Below the pieces are notes generated by a model that saw nothing but the letters and a program-made list of their open reading frames with translations, searched no databases and was not told the origin of the DNA. A DNA stretch of 64,000 bases from an uncultured Planctomycetota bacterium (GTDB lineage: Bacteria > Planctomycetota > Planctomycetia > Isosphaerales > Isosphaeraceae). The position numbers were made by a program, and so were the translations under genes. The stretch's first letter is position 1. Each line of letters begins with the position of its first letter. The DNA is taken from contig CAWGMQ010000003.1 of the NCBI GenBank assembly GCA_963823665.1, positions 1,408,001-1,472,000 of the forward strand, given 5' to 3'. Shown piece by piece: positions 28,944 through 38,241 of the stretch.

Positions 28944-29522
28944 CTACCGCGGAGCGTCGGACACTCGCCTTGTGCGTATTCGAATTGACCAAAGGCCGTG
29001 GTTTTGCCCCGAACTTGCGAGCCGCGAATCAATGGATGCGGGGGACGGTGACAAAACGATGGGTGGCTGGAATCCCCTGCACGTTGACGTCACCGTAAAG
29101 TGACACGTACACGTGGAAGCCCGTGCCGCGCGCTCGCGCACCCGCGCGAAGAGGGAGCGTGGCGAGCTGATCGAGATCACCGCGCCGTCGCTCTGGCGAA
29201 GCTGTGGATACAATTTGCCCCACGAGGTGACGAGGGTGGTGGGCAACACGTTGCCGCCGTTCGAGATCGCGATCACGCGGACCAGGGGATTCTGGTCGCC
29301 GGGCGTCGTGATCTCTCCGCGGGCGAAACGGAACGCGACAGGCGTGGGATCTCCGCGGCCGAGGACCGTGCCTTTCACGACCGCGAACGCAGGCCCCTCG
29401 AGTTGTGATATTCCCGACGTCGCTGCCAGAACGACGCGTTCCTCGAGACATTCCACCTCGAGCCCCCGCCGCGGTTGTGATGGACGAAACCGGCGCGCGA
29501 GCGTTCTTTGAACGAGTCTCAT
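28944..29522 (-). CDS. Planctomycete secreted protein, possibly truncated or frameshifted
   Basis: RRGLEVECLEERVVLA motif; the alternative frame contains LYGDVN, a possible dockerin start. Confidence 0.5.
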   Translation of the reverse strand: MRLVQRTLARRFRPSQPRRGLEVECLEERVVLAATSGISQLEGPAFAVVKGTVLGRGDPTPVAFRFARGEITTPGDQNPLVRVIAISNGGNVLPTTLVTSWGKLYPQLRQSDGAVISISSPRSLFARVRERAARASTCTCHFTVTSTCRGFQPPIVLSPSPASIDSRLASSGQNHGLWSIRIRTRRVSDAPR

Positions 29523-29898
29523 TGGGCACTCTTAGCGATAGTGGAGCGCGGCATTGACAACGTTGTCCGCATGCGGACATTCGATCTCCACGCCCGGTCG
29601 GACCAAGGCCCTGGTGGGTTGAGCGCGGACTGTTTCCATCGAAAGAAGTAGAACACGATTGTCAGACGCGCTAAAGATTTGTCGAGGTCTGAGCGCTACC
29701 TCAGGTTGAAGCACCTGACAGGTTCTTAGCTCATGGACGGTCAGACACGGCCGCGGCCATTGCCCAGGCGTTGGGCATCGGTGACAATCGAGTTGATGAC
29801 GCGCTCTCTCCTGGGTCGCGTTACTGTAGCGCCCCCGGGACGGCTGACGGGGTTTGGGCTTTCGAGATTCCCAGTCCTTTGTGGGAGTGACTCTCTGA

Positions 29899-30318
29899 AT
29901 GTGGCTGCTGCACGGAACGACGCTCGCGCGGGCGGAGAGCATTGTTCAGCAGGGCCCCGATGTCACGTTCGTTGAGCCGGCAGGGCGAGGCATCGCCGAG
30001 AACTTCTCGTTCACCGCCGAGGGCACGCCGTCTGCTGTTGGTGACTCCATGGCCTATGCCCGAGGCAAGGCGACCGCCTTCCCGAACGAACTCGGCCCGG
30101 CGGTCCTCGCGGTCGATGTACCGGATGACGTGGTGCGGATGGCGGCGCTCGAACACCTGTCCCTCTACGCGGGCTTGATCGAGTATGATAAAGGCGCGGA
30201 CGTAGGGGAACTCGTCGCACTCTGCGGCGGGGTCGTCCAGTTCGACCCGGGGCCCGCGCTCGACAGCCTACTGGCGAGGTGGGGGTCTCTCGTCAAAGAG
30301 ATCCGAGGTGTGCCGTGA
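29899..30318 (+). CDS. Small protein with ADP-ribosyltransferase-like motifs
   Basis: LLHGTT...AESI..QG, F.F.., AYA, AVLAVDVP; GGGAG RBS. Confidence 0.55.
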   Translation: MWLLHGTTLARAESIVQQGPDVTFVEPAGRGIAENFSFTAEGTPSAVGDSMAYARGKATAFPNELGPAVLAVDVPDDVVRMAALEHLSLYAGLIEYDKGADVGELVALCGGVVQFDPGPALDSLLARWGSLVKEIRGVP

Positions 30319-30767
30319 TCATATCCCAAACGGCCGATGATCGCCTGCGACGTGCATTCGCGCCGACGCAAGGCGGCATCGTCGAGTTGACCGATCAGCT
30401 ACTTGAGGCGTGGGTCGGCAGCGACGTGGAATTCAAGCGGGTCGGGAACCGGTGCGTTTGCAACTGGACCGTCAAAGGGGAGACAAAGGAGGCGGTGGCG
30501 CCTCTGCCGCCCGCCGCCTTCCGGACAATCCTGGCTCGCATCGCCGCCCTTTGTAATGAATACAGCCCAAACGCTGTCACCCCGTACGGCGGAGAAGGAC
30601 TGCTGACCGTCAAGGGACCCCCGCCAACGGTCGTTCGTGTGGCATTCGTCAATACTCCCAACGAGCAGCGATTGGAAGTGAGACGCAACGCAGAGGGCAG
30701 CCACCGGCCGTCACTCCGTGGTGGGCCAGATGCTACGCTCAGCGCCGCGATCGAGCCGTTGCCGTGA
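30315..30767 (+). CDS. Hypothetical protein translationally coupled to the upstream gene
   Basis: GTGA overlap at 30315..30318; FRTILARIAALCNE...VTPYGGEG. Confidence 0.6.
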   Translation: MIISQTADDRLRRAFAPTQGGIVELTDQLLEAWVGSDVEFKRVGNRCVCNWTVKGETKEAVAPLPPAAFRTILARIAALCNEYSPNAVTPYGGEGLLTVKGPPPTVVRVAFVNTPNEQRLEVRRNAEGSHRPSLRGGPDATLSAAIEPLP

Positions 30768-30814
30768 TCTGTTGAGCCTGACTCACGCAAGCTGAGGCTA
30801 ACCGGCACGAGATC

Positions 30815-31750
30815 ATGGATCAACTCGGCCGTCGTCAGGTCGCCATTAACGCGACAAGCCGGGACCAATGGGAGGCGTTTGCCGAGCATCGGCGGTGCCT
30901 CACGGCCGCGCTCGCCCGCGACGCGACGGTGCGGCGATCGCGCCTCTGTGTCCTGGGGGCCGGCAACGCCAACGATCTGGATTTGGCGGCGTTGCTCTCC
31001 GTCCATCGTGAGGTGCACCTGGTGGACATCGACTCCGAGGCGCTCTGCAGCGGTGCGCAGCGGCAGGGAGTTGCGAATCACCCGCGATTGCGGCTGCATG
31101 GCGGCGTGGACGTCACGGCGACGCTCGGAGTCCTCTCGGACCGGACGCCGTGCTCCGAGCTGGGGCCTGCGGATCTCGAGGCGATGGCCGCATGGCCCGC
31201 GTCCCGCACCGCGGTGGTCCTGCCCGGCGGGTTCGATCGGGTGGCGTCGACCTGCGTGTTAAGCCAGATCCTTGAGACGGCCGCGTACTCGCTCGGCAAG
31301 GACCACCGCCAGCTCGCCGACGCCAGGGCTGCATTGCTGGCCGGGCACCTACGGCTGATGGCCCGCCTGGCCGCTCCCGGTGGCGAGGCCGTGCTCGTCG
31401 CCGAGGTCACCTCGTCCGAGATTCTCGCGGAGTTGCCGGGCCTGGCGAACGAGGAACTCGCCGGGCTTTTGACGGAACTGGGGCGTAAAGGCAACCATTT
31501 CCGCAGAGTGCATCCTCGGCAGTTAATCGCGGCCCTGCGCGGATCCGTCAATCGGGCCGCTCATCGCGGCCGCGGGCCCGCTCATGCCTTGGCGATGGCG
31601 GCTGCACGATCAGACATACCTCGTCGGCGCGATCGGCTTCCGACTCGCGCGGGTGATTCGGGCGGTCCTTCGATCCCAGTATCCAGCAGGATTTCCACTG
31701 CCAATGAGGCGGGGAGGCTCGCTGTTACGGGGGACGGCGAAGTTCGCTGA
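30815..31750 (+). CDS. SAM-dependent methyltransferase-like hypothetical protein; 3' end probably frameshifted
   Basis: LCVLGAGNANDLDL, EVHLVDID..AL, FDRVASTCVLSQI. Confidence 0.6.
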   Translation: MDQLGRRQVAINATSRDQWEAFAEHRRCLTAALARDATVRRSRLCVLGAGNANDLDLAALLSVHREVHLVDIDSEALCSGAQRQGVANHPRLRLHGGVDVTATLGVLSDRTPCSELGPADLEAMAAWPASRTAVVLPGGFDRVASTCVLSQILETAAYSLGKDHRQLADARAALLAGHLRLMARLAAPGGEAVLVAEVTSSEILAELPGLANEELAGLLTELGRKGNHFRRVHPRQLIAALRGSVNRAAHRGRGPAHALAMAAARSDIPRRRDRLPTRAGDSGGPSIPVSSRISTANEAGRLAVTGDGEVR

Positions 31751-31946
31751 TTGACAGGCCGACTTTGGCCAGTCAACATCGATGCGTTTTCGTGAGAGGA
31801 TCACAACGCTACAACGATCTGCGCGACCAAATCCGCCCCGAGATGTTGATTCATGGTAGGCTGTATTTTGACCGGCCGATCCCGGCTCCCGAATGATCGG
31901 CGGGACTTTGTTGGATGATCTCAAGTGCGGCAAGAAGAGGAATATC

Positions 31947-32558
31947 ATGGTGAAGTCGGCGTCTGCTGCCTTTGTCTTGTTGCTCCTCGGGGCCCACGGG
32001 GTCGGTGAGTTCAGCCGGCGCCTGGCCGAGCCGCTGAGCATGTTTCGTGACGGCGAGCAGGCGTGGCTAGGCTACGTGCTGTTTGCGACGCTGCTGCTGG
32101 TCAGCATTTGGTATACGCGTGATGTGATCCGGGCAGGGGAAGAGGAAGAGGCGGTGATAGCCGGGCTGGCCGCCTCGCTGCTATTCATCGTGGCCGTGAC
32201 GCCGTCGTTAGAGGGTTTCCACATCTTGAGTTCCTTCCTCCTGATGCTGCTCTTGTTCGGGCATTACTGGCGGTTGCTCCGCGACTCGGGAAGCCCCTGG
32301 ATCATCTTCCATGTGTTGGTGCCGTTCGCCTTGGTGTTGCTGAGCGGATGCCATAGCTACGGCTTGTGGCAGAAGTGCCTGATCCTCTATCTCGTAGCGA
32401 TCGCCAACCTCCGCCACCATCGACTCTGTCGAATGAGTGAAGGCGAGCCGGTGTCGGAGTCCAACTCTGAGTGGTTCGGCGGTGGTGGAGTGAATAGGCG
32501 GCGAACGGTGTATCGGCTGGAAGCGGGGCAAGAGTGGGCGCGCTCGAAAACCCGGTAA
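31947..32558 (+). CDS. Hypothetical multi-pass membrane protein
   Basis: GAGG RBS; about 6 hydrophobic segments. Confidence 0.65.
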   Translation: MVKSASAAFVLLLLGAHGVGEFSRRLAEPLSMFRDGEQAWLGYVLFATLLLVSIWYTRDVIRAGEEEEAVIAGLAASLLFIVAVTPSLEGFHILSSFLLMLLLFGHYWRLLRDSGSPWIIFHVLVPFALVLLSGCHSYGLWQKCLILYLVAIANLRHHRLCRMSEGEPVSESNSEWFGGGGVNRRRTVYRLEAGQEWARSKTR

Positions 32559-32616
32559 GGCGGTGCCGAAGAGGTCGCTGCAATTGATCGGGCGACCACT
32601 TCGGCTGCACGTGCGA

Positions 32617-32853
32617 TCAAGCGCGAGCGGGCCGCCCGGCAACTGAGCGTGGCGTTTCGGCTGCAAACGGTGACTGATGCTGAAGGCCCAGGGAATAGGG
32701 CAAGACGCTGATGGAGGCGCCGCTATCGACCAATCCGACTCCCGGCAGCGAACGCGACTGATGCCGAGGGACGATGGGAAGATCCGGCATCAGATCCAGC
32801 CCTCCGGAGGCCGGGTTCCTGTCGCAGTAGGGAAACTGTTCGACAATGCTCAA
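32617..32853 (-). pseudogene. Truncated retropepsin-like aspartyl protease
   Basis: MP.LPI...GLVDSGASISVLPYSLGLQ, then an abrupt loss of similarity; overlaps the upstream gene's stop. Confidence 0.65.
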
Positions 32854-33062
32854 GAGCCGGTCCCTTCCTCCTTGAGGACCTTGGCCAGTTGGGCCGCGGC
32901 ATTGCGGGCGTACTCTGGTGTGTAGGTTGGAAAGACATGACCTTCCGAAAACGGCACCGACTGTTCCTCTTTGGCCCGGTCGTCGAGCAGCATCTGCGCG
33001 ATCTGGAATTTCTCGTTGCGCGAGCGCGCGCGAACCGCACGGATGATCTCAGCGGTCGACAT
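32850..33062 (-). CDS. Small antitoxin-like protein paired with the aspartyl protease
   Basis: 70 aa MSTAEII..V..RSRNEKFQIAQMLL...P.YTP....AAAQL..VL; AAGGAAG RBS; coupled to the downstream gene. Confidence 0.55.
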   Translation of the reverse strand: MSTAEIIRAVRARSRNEKFQIAQMLLDDRAKEEQSVPFSEGHVFPTYTPEYARNAAAQLAKVLKEEGTGS

Positions 33063-33473
33063 GGGTGCTTCCTTTGCTCCGCATCGCGCGATGGGACATG
33101 ATCTTGCCATAGGTCGGAAAGAACCAGCGTGTCCGCGTTTCTCAGTATACTCTGCAAACTTCTTCAGCCTTCAGAGATTTCAGTGAGGAGCGTGAGGGGA
33201 TTGGAGACACCGGCTGTCGAGACGTCGCCGCGGCAGTCCGATGACGTGGCCCCAATTCGTTCGTGTGGAGGAGCGGTACGATCTTCCCCGCGCCGGGGTG
33301 GTTCGCGGCTTGGCGGGTGGCGCGGTGAAGTTATGAGATGACGAGCCGGGTGGCTCTTTGGCGGGCAAGTCTGGGTCTGTCGGAGCCCCATGGGAGCGAT
33401 CCGCTGGAGCGACCCGGCCGATTTCATCTACTACACATTGCTGCTTGGACGAAATACTAACCGCGTCCCAGTT

Positions 33474-34178
33474 TCACTTCCCGGCTCGCCGGCGCCGCCG
33501 TTTCCAGCAAGCCCGGCCCGCGGCGCCCAGTCCCAGCGCCGAGAACATCATCCAGAACGACGATGGCTCGGGGACGGCACTGGCCGAGATGAGAACCTGT
33601 CCGATTTCGACCATGCCCGCGCCGCTGGGCACGTTGGTGAAATACTGGGTGTTGGCGTTGGAATCGGTCCATATCGTGTTTTGGGCACCTTCCAGAGCGT
33701 AGATGCCGAACAGTCCGGACGCGTTCGACGAAGCCAGGAAATCCATCTGGAGCAGATTGGCCCCAGGCGAGCCCGGAACCGGCACACCGAGCGAGGCACT
33801 GGGATTCAAGAAATCAAACGCGCTCAACGAGCTACCGCTGTTGGTATTGATGGCCGTGATGCCAAGGCCGTTACTACCGAAGACGTAGTTTGTGGGGTTG
33901 GTGGGGAACGTCATCCCGGCCCCCGGGTCCTGAAACGTCAGGGTGCCGCTGGCGCCGGTTTCCGGGGCAATCGCCAGTACAAATTGCCAGGCGGCCATGA
34001 TGTCGTTGGGAAAGTTGTTGCTCACGACGTTAACCAGCATCGGCCCGGACGTCGTGCCGGCGGACATGTCCAGCGGCGAGCCCGGCGAGTTGCTCGTACC
34101 CAGAGTCAGGTCGGCCCGGCTGGTGCCGCCGCCGAGCAGACCGAGAAAGACGATCGAAGGGAAAAAGAGTTTCTTCAT
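33474..34178 (-). CDS. PEP-CTERM-sorted protein with a possible cohesin-like beta-sandwich
   Basis: Signal peptide (TSRA/DL); C-terminal VPEPSS + TM + KRRRRR. Confidence 0.88.
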   Translation of the reverse strand: MKKLFFPSIVFLGLLGGGTSRADLTLGTSNSPGSPLDMSAGTTSGPMLVNVVSNNFPNDIMAAWQFVLAIAPETGASGTLTFQDPGAGMTFPTNPTNYVFGSNGLGITAINTNSGSSLSAFDFLNPSASLGVPVPGSPGANLLQMDFLASSNASGLFGIYALEGAQNTIWTDSNANTQYFTNVPSGAGMVEIGQVLISASAVPEPSSFWMMFSALGLGAAGRACWKRRRRRAGK

Positions 34179-34338
34179 ACGCGAGCCTTGCCCATGGGTT
34201 TGAGTCGAAGAAGAACATCGAACTTGCTCGAAGCGCCAACTGTCGGCGCATCGGGTTTGTACTTGACGACGAGAGGCCTGGCTTGTGGTCCTGCTTGCCG
34301 GGGTTCCCTGGGTATCGATTGCCGCGAGAACGTTCGCT

Positions 34339-37300
34339 CTACGCTACGCCGCTGCCGACTTGAATCGCCCGCGCGATGGTGGGCGTGGGCAACACGCCGA
34401 TCGCTTCGTCGCTGGCGGCCTCAAACAAGGCGTCAACCAATGCTCCAGTCGGCGGCAGAATCGTCGTGGCCTCCGACGGTGGCACCGTCTGCGCGGATAT
34501 TACTTTAGCCACGTCCGCGGCCGAGGGCAAGCGGCGCACGCCGGTCGCCAGGGTTTCGGCCATGAGGTCGGTGGGGGACGTGGTCGGATCGAGATCGGAG
34601 AGCCCCAGCGTGTGGCCCAGCTCGTGCATCACGACCGTCAGCAAATCTTCATGCCCGGCGGCGACCATGGAGGGACCGGCCAGGAAGTCCCCCGGTGCCA
34701 CGGGGTCTCCGGACGAGGTGCCGATCGACCAGCCGTAGCCGGCAGCATTCGCGGAGAGATCCATGATGCTGCCGCCGATGGCGGTGCCGCCCAGGTAGCC
34801 GGCTGGAAGATTGGTGATCTGGACGGTGACGCCGCGCAGTTTGGCGACGTCCTGTTCGGGGAGTCCGGCGGCGGCCCAGTCATCGATGGCGGCCGTGAGC
34901 ACCGGGTCCAGCTCTTGCGGGGTGAGGGCCGAGGCGGCGCCGGGGCCTTCCCCGCCGGCGGCCAACTGCGGCGGCAGCGCCGGCAGCACGGTGCCGATTT
35001 GCGGCCGGTAGAGCGTGAAGTCGGCCATGGTCACCGCGCCGTCGCCGTTCATGTCGTCGAACATGTTGTAGGTATTCGCCGGGGTCTCGTGCCGGAGGAT
35101 CAGGACACCGTCGGTTGTATTGACCACGCCGTCGTCATTCACGTCGCCGGGCAGGACGTCGAGTTGCCCCGTGAAGGTGATGATCTGGGAGCTGCTGATC
35201 GTGATCGTCACAAGGTCTGGGCCCGCGATGGCTTTGTCGAACGTGATGAGGATGCTGGACGTCCCCGACCCGGAGATGCTAACCGGGCCGTAGTTGCCGC
35301 CGGTGATGCCTGTGACGCTGACATCGGCGGGAGTCAGCGTGGCGGCCTGGGCGAGAACAATCGCGATCCGGTTGATGTTGAACCAGGGCAGGTCGGTGGT
35401 GCGCCCGGCCGGAAGCAGCAGGCCGCCACCGGCGGTATAGAGCGGGGCGGTCTGCGAGCCCCAGTCGACCGAGACCCCGGAGACGGCGATCGTCGCTCCG
35501 GTCACGGTCAGGGTGTCAGCCGGGCTCGTGACGTTGCCGAGCGACGCGCTGATATTCGACGTGCCGATTCCCACCCCGGTGGCCAGGCCCTGGCTGCCGG
35601 CGGTGTTCGAGATGGTCGCGACCGAGGTCGTGGCCGACGCCCAGGTCACCGTGCTGGTCAGGTTCCCGGTCGAGTTGTCCGAATACATGCCGGTGGCCGT
35701 GAACTGCTGGGTTTCACCCTTGGGAACCGTGGGGCTGGCCGGTGTGACGGCGATTGACTCCAGGACGGCGGCACGGGCGTTGAGCGTCGTCGAGCCGGTG
35801 ATGCCGTCATACTTGGCGGTGATCAAGGAGGTACCGGTCGCCGCGACCGCGGTGGCCAGGCCGCCGGTGGAGATGGTGGCGACCGAGGTCGTGGCCGACG
35901 CCCAGGTCACCGTGCCGGTCAGGTTCCCGGTCGAGTTGTCCGAATAGGTGCCGGTGGCCGTAAACTGCTGGGTTTCACCCTTGGGAACCATGGGGCTGGC
36001 CGGTGTGACGGCGATCGACTCCAGGACGGCGGGGCTGGCGTTGAGCGTCGTCGAGCCTGTGATGCCGTCATACTTGGCGGTGATCAAGGAGGTGCCAGTC
36101 GCCGCGACCGCGGTGGCCAGGCCGCCGGTGGAGATGGTGGCGACCGAGGTCGTGGCCGACGCCCAGGTCACCGTGCCGGTCAGGTTCCCGGTCGAGTTGT
36201 CCGAATAGGTGCCGGTGGCCGTAAACTGCTGGGTTTCACCCTTGGGAACCATGGGGCTGGCCGGTGTGACGGCGATCGACTCCAGGACGGCGGGGCTGGC
36301 GTTGAGCGTCGTCGAGCCTGTGATGCCGTCATACTTGGCGGTGATCAAGGAGGTGCCAGTCGCCGCGACCGCGGTGGCCAGGCCGCCGGTGGAGATGGTG
36401 GCGACCGAGGTCGTGGCCGACGCCCAGGTCACCAGGGTGGTGAGAGGCTCGGTCGAGTTGTCCGAATAGGTGCCGGTGGCCGTGAACTGTTGGGTCAGAC
36501 CCTTGGCGACACTCGGATCGGCGGGCGTCACCGCGATTGAGACCAGCGCGGGCGAGAACTGATAGGCGCCGAGATCCGGAAAATATGAACGCGTGATGCC
36601 GCGCTGATCGACGGTGATCCCGGTTCCGGCCTCTCCGGTTCTCGAGGGCCGCGGTGCTTTGCGTCTTCAGAGCGATCGTCTGTGTGTCCCCGCCGTTGCT
36701 GGCCAGCCCGCCCGCGAAATTCGGGTCGGTGCCCATAACCAGGTCACCGGGCGGCAAGCCGTTGGATCCCATGCCGTTGCCGTTGAGGGTGACGAGGTTA
36801 TTGGTGCTGCCGGTCAAGGTGGGCGTGGTGGCGCCGGCGTTGGTGCTGGTGAAGAAGTCGGATACGGTCGTGGTCGCGTTCTGGCCGAGGATGCAGTTGA
36901 TGAGCTGGGCCGCGGCGGTGCCGGTGCCGGTGTAGGGGCTGGTGTTGTTGCCGCCGTTGCTCTTGTCGCTCAAGACGTAGAGGTCGGTGCCGCCCTGGGC
37001 TGCGGTATTGCCGCTGAAGGTGACGAAGGTGGCGTCGACGCTGCCGTTGCGGGCGAAGACGGCGCCGCCGAGGCCTTCTCCGTCGCCGCTGCCGCCGCTG
37101 GGACCGCCGTAGGCGAAGTTGGCGGTAAAGGTGTCGTTGGTGAGGGTGATCGCGCCTTGGTTGCTGAAGATGCCCCCACCCATGCCGGCGCCGCCGCCGC
37201 CGCCGCCGCCGAAGCCGCCGGCGCCGGCGCTGGCGGCGCCGCCGCCGCCGCCGAAGCCGGCGCCGCCGGCGGCGTGCCGCGAGCTGGCGGCGCCGCCGCC

Positions 37301-38139
37301 GCCGCCGAAGCCGCCGGCGCCGCCGCCGCCAAAGCCGCCGCCGCCGCCGCCGCCGCCGAAGCCGCCGCCGCCGCCGTCATTGCGGAGGCCGCCGCCGCCG
37401 CCGCCGCCGAAGCCGCCGGCGCCGCCGGCGCCGTTGGCGCCGCCGCCGGCGCCGCCGTGGACTCCGCCCCCAGATTGGTCGTTTAAGGGCGCGTTGGCCC
37501 CGAGGCCGCCGCCGCCGCCGTCGTCGCCGTCGTCGCGGCCCAGCCCGCCCTGGGCCTCGTTGTTGGCGAAGGTGCACCCCTCAGCCGTGAAACTGCCGCC
37601 GTTATCAAAGACCGCGCCCCCCAACCCAGCCCCGCCGCCGCCGCCGCCGCGCCCGCCCCGCCGAGCGCATCGCCATCTTGCAGCGTCAGGTTTTCCAGGG
37701 TCAGCGAGCTGTCGCTGGCCACGGTGAACAGGCGCACCGAGCCGCCGCCGTCGATGACCAGCCCCGGTGCCCCGGAGCCGTCGATGGTGATGTTGGTGCC
37801 GTTGCCGCTGACGAAGTACGCCGTCGGGCCATACTCGGCGGCAGCCGAGTTGGCCTCGCTGCTGGAGGTGAACATGATCGTGGAATTGGCGGGAATGCTG
37901 AAGGTGATCACGGCCGGCTGGGTGCCGGCGATGGCCTTGCCAATTTCGTAGCCGAGACTGCCGCTCGTGGTTGCTGAGGGACTGGTGTTGGTCACCATGT
38001 AGCTGAGCAAGCAGCGCTCTTCCAGCCGCTCCAGAAAGCGCTGGGCGGTGCGACGCCCGCGGCGCACGGGCGGCTTGCTCGGGCCTGGCGAGGAGCGGAA
38101 CAGCGTTTTGAGCGTGGTCAGGGGCGTGCGGCGCGGCAT
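34339..38139 (-). CDS. Large surface protein: Gly-rich region, choice-of-anchor-Q-like segment, 4 Big_2 Ig repeats, dockerin and matrixin-like domain; frameshifts near 37650 and 36640
   Basis: FLERLEERCLLS; GAGGFGGGGG repeats; LASNGGDTQTIAL...DQRG; SIAVTP..QQFTATGTYSD x4; GDVNDDGVVN...DMNGDGAVTMAD; HELGHTLG. Assembled from ORFs 37483..38139, 36329..38176 and 34339..36531. Confidence 0.8.
35500..36546 (-). repeat. Four tandem 261-bp (87-aa) Big_2 repeats
   Basis: Near-identical units; antisense ORFs at 35948 and 36209 are identical and exactly 261 bp apart. Confidence 0.9.
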
Positions 38140-38241
38140 GATTCATCTCCGGTGTGTTCTGTTCTCGGATTCGCACGACGATCGAGGCGGTGAATACTCC
38201 AGGTCAAGTCAGGGCCGCGCCACGGTGGCACGGCGGTCCCG

